From positions 1-33,507 of the forward strand of contig JBGAIQ010000058.1 in NCBI GenBank assembly GCA_044225365.1: 33,507 nt of DNA. The letters are read 5' to 3'. Position 1 is the first letter of the stretch; every line of letters starts with the position of its first letter. This document shows, in pieces, positions 1-8,407 of the stretch. The translations under genes were made by a program, and so were the position numbers. The notes beneath the pieces were generated by a model that had not been told where the DNA came from, did no database searches, and saw only the letters and a program-made list of their open reading frames with translations. This DNA is from Planctomycetota bacterium. GTDB lineage: Bacteria; Planctomycetota; B15-G4; JADJEK01.

Positions 1-60
1 GGCCTTCCAGCATTCGATGAACTTCGTTCGGTCGCCCATTCGTGACTCCGTCCATGGCAT
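1..60 (-). CDS. IS481-family transposase, N-terminal 20 codons only (truncated by window)
   Basis: Not in the ORF track. ATG at 60 gives MPWTESRMGDRTKFIECWKA, matching the MPW...M..R..FI start of IS481 transposases; GGAGG lies upstream. Confidence 0.8.
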   Translation of the reverse strand, partial: MPWTESRMGDRTKFIECWKA

Positions 61-140
61 CTGCAGGTCCTCCTGCCGAGCCAGTGAAAAGTGTCACCCA
101 TGTCTCCGGACATGTGTTACCCATGTCCATTGATTGCACA
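1..140 (-). mobile_element. IS481-family insertion sequence, left end (element continues beyond the window start)
   Basis: Minus strand from 140 reads TGTGCAATCAATGGACATGGGTAACAC...GACATGGGTGACAC: a 5'-TGT terminus plus two near-identical 14-bp subterminal repeats (91-104 GTGTCACCCATGTC, 114-127 GTGTTACCCATGTC), followed by an RBS (GGAGG) and an ORF starting MPW. This layout is typical of IS481 elements. Confidence 0.85.
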
Positions 141-260
141 AGCCGTGCGCCCCTACGAGGCAGCGCATTGCAACAATCGCTACGGCGGGCGCACAGCCGT
201 GCGCCCCTACGACGCGGCGCATTTGTAGCCATCGTTACGACCGGCGCACAGCCGTGCGCC
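141..260 (-). repeat. Tandem array of GTAG-family REP palindromes (~54-55 bp period); first copy cut by the IS
   Basis: Full copy 187-210 GGGCGCAC-AGCC-GTGCGCCC-CTAC (GTAG plus hairpin on the minus strand); half copy 141-156 AGCCGTGCGCCCCTAC abutting the IS end; degenerate copy 243-260. The spacers resemble each other. Confidence 0.8.
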
Positions 261-291
261 ACGACGCCCGCACGGGTCCCGATTCTTCTGT

Positions 292-2913
292 TCAAGGCAG
301 GAAGGTCACGCTCACCGGATTCGTGAATTGGATCGGCTTGCCCTGGGACGGCGAGTAGATCATCGCCGAATGCGAGATCGTGACTCCGACGAGCTGCGGG
401 ATCTGCAGCGGCGGAATGGCGAATTGCGCCGACGCGACGCCGTTCGCGTTGAGGATGCCGGAACCATTCTGGAAGACCGGACTCACGGGATTGGAGAGCG
501 TGAGGAATAGATAGGGATCGAGATTGAGCGGAACGTGCTTGCCGAGCAATTCGAAGCCGGGCGAGGTGCCCGACGCCGATCCCAGTATCCAGTAGCTCTT
601 TCCTGCGAGAGCGATGCCCGGCGCGATGATGACGGGTTGCGAGCCGCCGGCCGACACCGAGATCGTCTCGCCCAAAGGCAGCAACGTGGACACCGGGAAC
701 ACGGCGAAACTCGGACGCGCTCCCGAACCAAGTTTATGGAACGCTCCACCCGCGAAGAGATGGTCGCGATGGAACAGGAGAGCTCGCACCTCGCCGTCCG
801 GCGTCGGTTGGAACGCGAGCGGGAAGGATCCGGCCCGGTCGATCGCGGCGAGACGCGGGTAGAAGCCACTCTGTATGAACTGCCACGTTCCGCCGCAGAA
901 CACGATTCCCGGCGACTGGGCGACAGCGAGAACGGGCTGATCGCCGCCATTCGTGATCTTCGGATCGAACGCCGTGACATGCATCGTCGTCGTGTCGATC
1001 TCGGCGATGCCGCGGCGGAGTTGGCCTTCGACGAGCAGGAAGCTGCCGCCGAGGATGATCCGATCCTTGTCGGTCCGCATCGTCTCGACGGTCTTGTTCA
1101 CGGCCGGACTGAGCGGAGCGATCGCGGACGAGACGGGATCCGCTTTCAGGAAGTTGAGATGAGTCGTGTACGGACCGCCGACCGGTCCGACATCCGAGAA
1201 CGACCCGCCGCCATAGACCGCGCTACCGTTCTCGGCGAGAGCGACCGCATGCGTCGGGGTTCCGGTGTAGATCGACCAGCTCGGGATCTTCGCCCCCGTG
1301 ACCTTGTCGTAGAGCGTCGAGATGTCCGCCAGCACGCCGCCCGGAAGGACCGTGAGATCGCGAACGCTGTCCGCGTTCAGGGGGAGTCCCGCGTCGAACG
1401 AGGTGAGCAGCGCGCCCGAATTCGCATCGATCGCCGCGATGCGCGCACGCACGGTCCCGTTGACGTATCCGAACGACCCGCCGACGAAGACCGTGGAACC
1501 TTCGAAGGCGATCGCGGACACGGCGCCAGCGTTCTCCGGAAAGAGGCTGTTCCCGATGTCCGGCGCCCAGGGCAGGATCTCGAGGGTCGTCGCGTCGAAC
1601 GCAGCGATCCCGTGTCGGCGCAGAGCGCCGAGCGAGCGGAAGGAACCACCCACACCGACCCGTCCTCCGCCAACGGCGATGTCCTCCACGTACGTCGCAT
1701 TCTCGCCCGAAACGTTCGCAGTCTGGGGGGTCACGACGCCGGTCGCCGCGTCGACCATTGCGAAGTACCAGCGCTCGGCTCCGCCCAGCTTCCGAAACGT
1801 CCCGCCGAGGAGGAGCCGAGCCGAGCCGCTGCTCGAATCGATCGCCAGCGAATGGACCTCGAGCGCTTCGTTGCCGGAGTCCGAGATCGCGGCGTCGAAC
1901 GGCGTGACGCTTCCCGTGGAGAGGTCGATCGCACCGCACGCGGCTCGCGGGATCCCTCCGAGCAACGTCAGGCGACCGCCGACGTAGAGGATGTTCCCGT
2001 CGAGGGCGAGCGAGAATACGTCCTTGTCCGCCGCGACGGCAAACGGCAGTGTGGCGCCCGTCGCGAGATCGAGCTCCGCGAGTCGCTGTCGTGACGCTCC
2101 GCCGATCGTCGTGAAGTTGCCACCGACGAAGAGGCTGGAGCCGTGGACCACGAGCGCCGCGACCTGCGCGCTCGGGGACGGATCGATCGCCTGGATCGCG
2201 CCGGTCGCCAAGTCGAAGTACGCGAGATGGCGGCGGAACGCGCCGTTGAAGGTGTTCTGGAAGTAGCCACCCGCGATCAGGGCATTGCCGCTCGCGACGA
2301 GCGAGTAGATCCCATCGTCCTGATGGAACGGCGTCGCCGTGCCCGGATTCCACGGCAGCAACTGCAGCGAGGAATCGAATGCGCACAGCGAGCCGCGCGG
2401 GGAGCCGTTGACCAGGACGAACGATCCTCCGACGTACAGCACGCCGTTGTTCCAGAGCAGGGACAACGGCTCGCCATCGATCGAAGGCGTCCAGGGATCG
2501 ACGTCTCCGGACGCGAGAATGTGCGCGAGCCCATCGCGCGGGAGGGCACCGACCGACGAGAAAGGCCCGCAGACGAAGAACCCGCCGGCGCCATCGGGCT
2601 CGACGTCCCGAACGATTCCGTCGATCGCCGGCATCGCGGGAAACGTGGGAGCGCCGCTCGGCAGGTCGAGGGTGCCGAACGAGCCGGAGTTCGGCCCAAA
2701 GGCGCTGAACTGACCTCCGACGTAGACGGCGTTGCCATGGCCCTCGATCACCTCGATCGTTCCGTCGGGAACCCACGGACTGGATTCCGGCACGGAGCTC
2801 ACGAATGGACTCTGACCGCTCGCCATGGAAGCGGCGAGCAACGCGAATGCGCTACTGAGGATTGTCGCTGACGCCAGCGAGCACGTCGACGATCTGCGAT
2901 GGAACGAGCTCAT
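292..2913 (-). CDS. Secreted beta-propeller repeat protein (delta-60/DUF5122-like, ~14 repeats) with subtype-A C-terminal domain, 873 aa
   Basis: Signal peptide (…AFALLAASMASG-Q); repeated 'hYVGGxF…GxxRxxhAxhD' motifs; GGGAG RBS upstream of the ATG at 2913. Confidence 0.85.
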   Translation of the reverse strand: MSSFHRRSSTCSLASATILSSAFALLAASMASGQSPFVSSVPESSPWVPDGTIEVIEGHGNAVYVGGQFSAFGPNSGSFGTLDLPSGAPTFPAMPAIDGIVRDVEPDGAGGFFVCGPFSSVGALPRDGLAHILASGDVDPWTPSIDGEPLSLLWNNGVLYVGGSFVLVNGSPRGSLCAFDSSLQLLPWNPGTATPFHQDDGIYSLVASGNALIAGGYFQNTFNGAFRRHLAYFDLATGAIQAIDPSPSAQVAALVVHGSSLFVGGNFTTIGGASRQRLAELDLATGATLPFAVAADKDVFSLALDGNILYVGGRLTLLGGIPRAACGAIDLSTGSVTPFDAAISDSGNEALEVHSLAIDSSSGSARLLLGGTFRKLGGAERWYFAMVDAATGVVTPQTANVSGENATYVEDIAVGGGRVGVGGSFRSLGALRRHGIAAFDATTLEILPWAPDIGNSLFPENAGAVSAIAFEGSTVFVGGSFGYVNGTVRARIAAIDANSGALLTSFDAGLPLNADSVRDLTVLPGGVLADISTLYDKVTGAKIPSWSIYTGTPTHAVALAENGSAVYGGGSFSDVGPVGGPYTTHLNFLKADPVSSAIAPLSPAVNKTVETMRTDKDRIILGGSFLLVEGQLRRGIAEIDTTTMHVTAFDPKITNGGDQPVLAVAQSPGIVFCGGTWQFIQSGFYPRLAAIDRAGSFPLAFQPTPDGEVRALLFHRDHLFAGGAFHKLGSGARPSFAVFPVSTLLPLGETISVSAGGSQPVIIAPGIALAGKSYWILGSASGTSPGFELLGKHVPLNLDPYLFLTLSNPVSPVFQNGSGILNANGVASAQFAIPPLQIPQLVGVTISHSAMIYSPSQGKPIQFTNPVSVTFLP

Positions 2914-2971
2914 TCGAGTCTCCCGAGGTCCGCAATTCCAAGATCATGATTCGCGCGCGGTCGCGGCGGCG

Positions 2972-4672
2972 TCAATGCGCCTCGAGCTTCAGCGCGTTCG
3001 ACGCCGTGTACCCCAGCGAGATGCCGGGATCCGCGCACAGCGCCTGGACATGCAATGTCCACGGCCCGACCACCCCGTCCGGGATCGTCGCAGTGAACGA
3101 GATCGACCCCTGTCCCGCGCCGACACCGAGCAGCGGAATTGGGATGCCGAATCCGATGAGGTTCGAGAGCAGCAGCGTGCAGCCGCCGTTGCCGAGGGGC
3201 GTGCTTCCGGTCGAGGCGCCGAGGAGCAGCACGGCCGAGTTCGCGCCCGAGGGCGCTCCGAACGCACCCGCGACGACGACGGAGAGCGGGCCCTTCGGCG
3301 CAACGCAACCGGTCAATACGAGCGAAGGGACGAAGCCTCCACTCCCCGCGCAGCCCGTCCCCTCGTTCGCAATCGAGCCGCAGTCGGACGACCACACGTC
3401 GACGAAGCCCTTGAGGCCGATCGTCTGCTCGCCGCCGATGAGGAGATCCGGCCGCCCGTCGCCATTCAGGTCGAAGCCGCCCGCCACCGCCGAGCCGACG
3501 AGATCGTTCTTCGCCGCGCCGAGGTAGGTACGGATGACGGAGCCCGTCGCGCCGGAGAACGTGCGAGCCATACCCGATTCCGCATCGATCTGATCGTTGT
3601 CGGGCGCGCCGACGATGAAGTCCGCCTTGCCGTCCTGGTCGATGTCGCCGATGCCCTGCACGTCGTCGCCGAAACCGTCGAAGTCGCCGTCGCCGCGCTT
3701 CACGTAGAGCGAGGCGAACGTGGCGCCCGAGTACGCACGCACGGAGCCGCTGAAGAAGCCGATGGTGTCGTCGTTCGGAACGCCGATCAGGACGTCGGGT
3801 ATACCGTCGCCGTTGAGATCGCCGGGCCCGGCCACCGAGTAGCCGAAGACGTCGTTGCTGCTCGCAGCGTCGAACTGCTTCATCAGCGCCCCGCTCGCTC
3901 CGGAGTAGAGACGTACGCGTCCGCCCTTCGCGAAGGTGGCGGTGTTGGCGCCCGGCAGGCCAACGAGTTGATCGGGAACTCCATCGAGGTTCACGTCACG
4001 CGCGTTGCCGCACGACCAGCCAGCCCACTGATCGGGCTCGTCGCCGAGGTACCCGCGAATCAGCGCGCCGGTCTTTCCGGAATACAGGCGCACGGCGCCC
4101 GCGTTCTTGTTCGCGCCGATCTTCTCGAAGCGGGAGCCGACGAGCACGTCGGGGAATCCGTCGAGGTCGACGTCGCCCGCGCCATCGACCGACGAGCCGG
4201 TCTCCTGCCCGAGCGCGGTGCCGCCGAACTCGAAGAGCGTCGCGCCCGACGCGCTCGAAACGATCCGCGCGTAGCCGCCGAGGTTGGCGCCCTGCTGCTG
4301 CTCGGTCGCTCCGACGAGGAGGTCATCGCGGCCGTCGCCGTCGACGTCTCCTGCCGGCGCCACGGAGATCCCGAGCCAGTCGAGGCCGTGGCCGGTCACT
4401 TCGTAGATCACCGAGAAATCGACGCCCGAGTACACCGTCGCGGTTCCCGGTTGGTTGTACGGATCGACGTTGTGTCGATACGCGCCCACGACGAAGTCGG
4501 GAACTCCGTCCTGGTTCGCGTCGCCGAGGAACCGCGCGTCGTGTCCGAAGAGCGATTGGACGTGAGGCCCGATCAGGCGGACGAGCGGAGCCTGAGCGAA
4601 GGCCGAGCCCCACGCACCCATCGCGAGCACGGTGACGATGAAAGGAGGCACGACGCCATCCACGATCGACAT
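2972..4672 (-). CDS. Secreted FG-GAP/integrin-alpha-like 7-repeat propeller protein with subtype-B (Cys-containing) C-terminal domain, 566 aa
   Basis: Start moved to ATG 4672 (GGGAG RBS; signal peptide ending AFA-Q). Seven DxD/NxDG Ca-binding motifs flanked by FG…GAP/GAY-type segments. Confidence 0.88.
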   Translation of the reverse strand: MSIVDGVVPPFIVTVLAMGAWGSAFAQAPLVRLIGPHVQSLFGHDARFLGDANQDGVPDFVVGAYRHNVDPYNQPGTATVYSGVDFSVIYEVTGHGLDWLGISVAPAGDVDGDGRDDLLVGATEQQQGANLGGYARIVSSASGATLFEFGGTALGQETGSSVDGAGDVDLDGFPDVLVGSRFEKIGANKNAGAVRLYSGKTGALIRGYLGDEPDQWAGWSCGNARDVNLDGVPDQLVGLPGANTATFAKGGRVRLYSGASGALMKQFDAASSNDVFGYSVAGPGDLNGDGIPDVLIGVPNDDTIGFFSGSVRAYSGATFASLYVKRGDGDFDGFGDDVQGIGDIDQDGKADFIVGAPDNDQIDAESGMARTFSGATGSVIRTYLGAAKNDLVGSAVAGGFDLNGDGRPDLLIGGEQTIGLKGFVDVWSSDCGSIANEGTGCAGSGGFVPSLVLTGCVAPKGPLSVVVAGAFGAPSGANSAVLLLGASTGSTPLGNGGCTLLLSNLIGFGIPIPLLGVGAGQGSISFTATIPDGVVGPWTLHVQALCADPGISLGYTASNALKLEAH

Positions 4673-4731
4673 CACTTCTCCCATCCTTCGCGCCCGTTTG
4701 GCGAGCGCGAGAGTTCTTGATCGACGAGCTT

Positions 4732-6399
4732 TCACGGCACGCTGACGTGAACGCCCTCAGTCGCGGCGAATCCGTGCGGAGCTGAGGCATCGGCCATCAA
4801 CGCCTGCGCATAGAACGAAACGAGCGGCCCACCCGGCGGCAGCGGAACAGAGAGTGCGATCGATCCAACGCCGTCGAGCGGAAGAGCGATCGGACTCGGG
4901 AGCGGCGCGAAGTTCAGGATGCATCCGCCCGGGAGGCCGAGCGATGCCGGCGTGAGCCCGAGGAAGAGCAACGCGACGCCGTTGGCGACACCTTGCGTGA
5001 TCTCGAGCGAGACGATCCCGGTCGGCACGAAACACCCGGAGAGCGCGAGGGACGGAATCGTGGCCGCGCCCGTGGGGCAACCGACTCCGAGGGACGACGT
5101 GCTGCCGCAGTTGCGGGTGAAGACCACTGCGGAACCGGAGAGATTGCCATTCGGATCCGAGTCGGGCGCGCCGAATGCGAATTCGACGATGCCGTCGCCG
5201 TTGCCATCGCCGACGAAGGCGCAGCTCTTGCCGAACGCATCCCCGATCGCGCCACCGAGCGTCGTGTACAGCGTCGCCCCATTGGCCGCGGGCGCGCCGG
5301 AGAACACGTATCCCGCGCCCGAGTTGTTTCCCGCCGCGTCGTTCTTCGGAGCGCCAACGAGGACGTCGGGTCTCCCATCTCCATCGAGATCGAATCCACC
5401 GCTCACGGTGGTTCCGAGCGCGTCGCCCGCGGCTCCGGTCCAGGTGTGCAGCACGTTCGAGAAGATGCCGCGAATCAAGTACGCGGCGCCCGCGTCGGTG
5501 CCGCCGGCGTCGTTGCCCGGCGCGCCGACGAGGAGATCGACGATGCCGTCGCCGTTCGTGTCGCCGACCGCGGCCACCGAAGCGCCGTACTGATCGAATC
5601 CGGCGAGGCCCGTGTAGTTGAAGAGGATCGCCCCGTCCTGCCCGGCGTACACGTGCGCTCGTCCCGCGAAGTCCTCGCTCGGCGCACCGACGAGGATCTC
5701 CGGGTAGCCGTCGCCAATGAGATCGCCGAGCGTTGCGATCGCCGCTCCGAACTTCGCATTCGACTTCGGAACGGCGAGCGTACGCATTGTCGTGAAGTCC
5801 TTACCGGAGATCACGCGAACCCGTCCCGAGTTCGTTCCGCCGATGGAGGACTCCCCCGCCGAACCGACGGCGAAGTCCGGATACCCGTCGAGATTCATGT
5901 CCCCCGCGGGGGACATGGCTTCCCCGACGCGATCGCCGCCCGCCGGAGCGACACCGTTCTGCGTGTAGAGCGCATTGCCGGTGGCGCCGGAGTACAGCCG
6001 CGCGATGCCGATATCGAAGTTGAAATCGGGTCCTCCACCGAGCACGTCCGGGGTGCCGTCACCGTCGATGTCGCCGACCCCCGCGATCGATGCGCCCATG
6101 TGCTCGAGCGTGTTGCCGACGAGCGTGCGGATCTCGAGACCCGTTCGCCCGGACACGATGCGGATCGTCCCACAGTCGAGTCCGTTGTCGTCGTCGCGAA
6201 TCGCGCCGATCGCGAAGTCGGGCCGGCCATCATGGTCGATGTCGCCCACCGCGGCGATCGCGGTGCCGAAGCGGTCTTCGTCGAAGTTGCCCGTCACGAC
6301 GTGGATGACCTGTTGCGCCTCGGCGCGGACCCCGAGGACGAGCGCCGCACCAACGACGACGCCGGCATGGACCGCCGCCGTACTCGCGCGAACGCTCAT
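4732..6399 (-). CDS. Secreted FG-GAP/integrin-alpha-like 7-repeat propeller protein with subtype-B C-terminal domain, 555 aa
   Basis: Likely start is ATG 6399, overlapping the upstream stop (TGATG); signal peptide ends AEA-Q; seven DxDxDG-type repeats. The 5' extension in the ORF track is a shadow frame of the upstream gene. Confidence 0.88.
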   Translation of the reverse strand: MSVRASTAAVHAGVVVGAALVLGVRAEAQQVIHVVTGNFDEDRFGTAIAAVGDIDHDGRPDFAIGAIRDDDNGLDCGTIRIVSGRTGLEIRTLVGNTLEHMGASIAGVGDIDGDGTPDVLGGGPDFNFDIGIARLYSGATGNALYTQNGVAPAGGDRVGEAMSPAGDMNLDGYPDFAVGSAGESSIGGTNSGRVRVISGKDFTTMRTLAVPKSNAKFGAAIATLGDLIGDGYPEILVGAPSEDFAGRAHVYAGQDGAILFNYTGLAGFDQYGASVAAVGDTNGDGIVDLLVGAPGNDAGGTDAGAAYLIRGIFSNVLHTWTGAAGDALGTTVSGGFDLDGDGRPDVLVGAPKNDAAGNNSGAGYVFSGAPAANGATLYTTLGGAIGDAFGKSCAFVGDGNGDGIVEFAFGAPDSDPNGNLSGSAVVFTRNCGSTSSLGVGCPTGAATIPSLALSGCFVPTGIVSLEITQGVANGVALLFLGLTPASLGLPGGCILNFAPLPSPIALPLDGVGSIALSVPLPPGGPLVSFYAQALMADASAPHGFAATEGVHVSVP

Positions 6400-8375
6400 C
6401 ACGGCACGATCCGAAGCGAAACGGGATTGCTCACGGCCTTGACCTTGCCCTTCGCCTGGTCGTAGACGAAGTACGCGTGGTAGATGAAGAGGTTCGTCAA
6501 CTCCGAGGGCAGACCCGTCGGGACGTAGATCGCCATCTCCGCGCGACCATTCGCGTCCAGCAAGCCCATCGAATTCTGCACGAAGCTGTTCGGGTAGGTC
6601 AGCATCGCGGAGAAGTACGGATCCGCGATCAAGGGCATCGCGAAGCCGGCGAAGGGAGTGCCGGGACTCGTGCCCGTGATGCTGCCGAGCGTGTAGTAGT
6701 ACTTGCCCGCGTACTGCGATCCGGCGTTGACGAGCATCGTCTGCACGCCGCCGACGGAGGCGTTGATGACGTCGATGTCCGCGGAGAGTGGCGCGGGCTG
6801 GGTACTGAGGATCGCGTAGACCTCGCCCGAATGCGTAGCGGGCGGGTTCTTCGCGTTGCGCGACGCGATCAGGATGTCGGGCCGGCCATCGCCATTGATG
6901 TCGCCCGCGCCGGATACGTCGTCGCCGATGTCGTCCTGCTTCGTGACGCCCGCGAAGCGCACGCCGGTCGTGAGTTCGTCGAGCGCAGCGAGGTTGAAGT
7001 GCGCGCCGTTCCCGATATCCGGCCCACCGTAGATCACGTAGGCCTCGCCCGCGTTCTGGAGTCCCGCGGGATCGGCGGCCCGCGATGCGGTGAGGACGTC
7101 GGCGTAGCCATCGCCATTCACGTCGCCAGGACCACCGACGGCGAAGCCGATCGAATTCTCCGCCGTGTCGCCATCGATCCGCACGCCTGCAGTTCCGCTC
7201 AGACTCTGCACGAACACGAAACCGGTCTGGCCCACGTTGGGTCCACCGAACACAATGTTGACCTGACCGCATTCATGGAACGGTGAACCGTTGTGCGGCG
7301 CACCGGCCGCGATGTCTGGAATGCCGTCGCCGTTGAAGTCACCGATCGCCGCGACGTCGATCCCGAGTTGATCGCCTGCCTGCGAGCCCGAGACCTTGAA
7401 CCCAATGCCCGTGAGCGGCTGCGCCGTATCGACCACCGCTCCGGTCGTCGGACCGAAGACGACGAACACGGCGCCGGGGCTTCCCGTCGCGTCGAGTCCG
7501 GGATCACCGATGACGATGTCCCCGCGCCCGTCCCCGTTCATGTCGGCGGAGAGGGCGACCGACCGACCGAACTCCTGATTCGCAGACGGCCCGAGCAGCG
7601 AGATCGAATTGGCCGTCGTGAACGACGCGACGTCGAGCACGGAGTTGGGGACGAAACCGGTTCCGCCGAACAGCACGTAGGCGCGACCCGAAAGGCCATT
7701 GCCATTGGTCGTGGCATCCGGAGAACCGATCACGAAATCGGAGAAGCCGTCGCCGTTGACGTCGGCTCCCCCACCGAGGCTCGAACCGAATCGATCGCCG
7801 GCGGCCTCACCCCTCAGCGTGAATCCGTGCGCGGCGACGAGCCCGGCGATCGAGGTTTCCTTGTTCGCCGAGATCCCGGCGAAGCCGAAGACGACGTAGA
7901 CGCGGCCCGCGTCGATCTTGCCCGGCAGATCGGCGAGAGGCGACCCAATGGCGAAATCGGCGAAACCGTCGCCGTTGATGTCGCCGAGGCCGGAGATCGC
8001 GCCGCCGAACTGTTCGTTCGTAGGTCCACTGATGCGGATCGCGCTGGCGCTCGTCACCGATGTGAAGTCCACGATCCCGTTCCCACCGATCGACGGCTTG
8101 CCGAAGACGAGGTAGGCGAATGGATGATCGCCCGAGGTGAGGAAGTCGGCGATGCCGTCGCCGTTCACGTCGCCGACGGGCGCGACGTGCGTGCCGAGAC
8201 TCGTCTGCGTGGCGTTGTGGAACAGCCGGAATCCGTTGTTGCCGAGCAGCGTGCTGAGGTCGTAGTCGATCGAAGCGCTCGCGACGCCCGCGAGGACGAG
8301 CGACGAGGCCACGCACGCAGCGATACGGAACGGATTGCGAGAAAGCCGCGAAGCGGCGGAGGAAGGATCGCTCAT
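6399..8375 (-). CDS. Secreted FG-GAP/integrin-alpha-like 7-repeat propeller protein with subtype-A C-terminal domain, 658 aa
   Basis: ATG 8375 with GGGAG RBS; signal peptide ends ASA-S; seven [G/A]DxNGDG repeats with GxxYVhFG closing strands. Confidence 0.88.
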   Translation of the reverse strand: MSDPSSAASRLSRNPFRIAACVASSLVLAGVASASIDYDLSTLLGNNGFRLFHNATQTSLGTHVAPVGDVNGDGIADFLTSGDHPFAYLVFGKPSIGGNGIVDFTSVTSASAIRISGPTNEQFGGAISGLGDINGDGFADFAIGSPLADLPGKIDAGRVYVVFGFAGISANKETSIAGLVAAHGFTLRGEAAGDRFGSSLGGGADVNGDGFSDFVIGSPDATTNGNGLSGRAYVLFGGTGFVPNSVLDVASFTTANSISLLGPSANQEFGRSVALSADMNGDGRGDIVIGDPGLDATGSPGAVFVVFGPTTGAVVDTAQPLTGIGFKVSGSQAGDQLGIDVAAIGDFNGDGIPDIAAGAPHNGSPFHECGQVNIVFGGPNVGQTGFVFVQSLSGTAGVRIDGDTAENSIGFAVGGPGDVNGDGYADVLTASRAADPAGLQNAGEAYVIYGGPDIGNGAHFNLAALDELTTGVRFAGVTKQDDIGDDVSGAGDINGDGRPDILIASRNAKNPPATHSGEVYAILSTQPAPLSADIDVINASVGGVQTMLVNAGSQYAGKYYYTLGSITGTSPGTPFAGFAMPLIADPYFSAMLTYPNSFVQNSMGLLDANGRAEMAIYVPTGLPSELTNLFIYHAYFVYDQAKGKVKAVSNPVSLRIVP

Positions 8376-8407
8376 TCGTGTTTCTCCCGGAGTGGACGCG
8401 CGCCGCG

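Noticed and set aside
141-260. Possible CRISPR array
   Set aside because: Only 2.5 units, the spacers resemble each other, the repeats carry a GTAG-REP signature and there are no cas genes.
6400-7272. N-terminal 291 aa of the 846-aa ORF, suggesting a long overlap or frameshift fusion
   Set aside because: An off-frame read of the upstream gene; a proper signal peptide begins at ATG 6399, coupled to the upstream stop.
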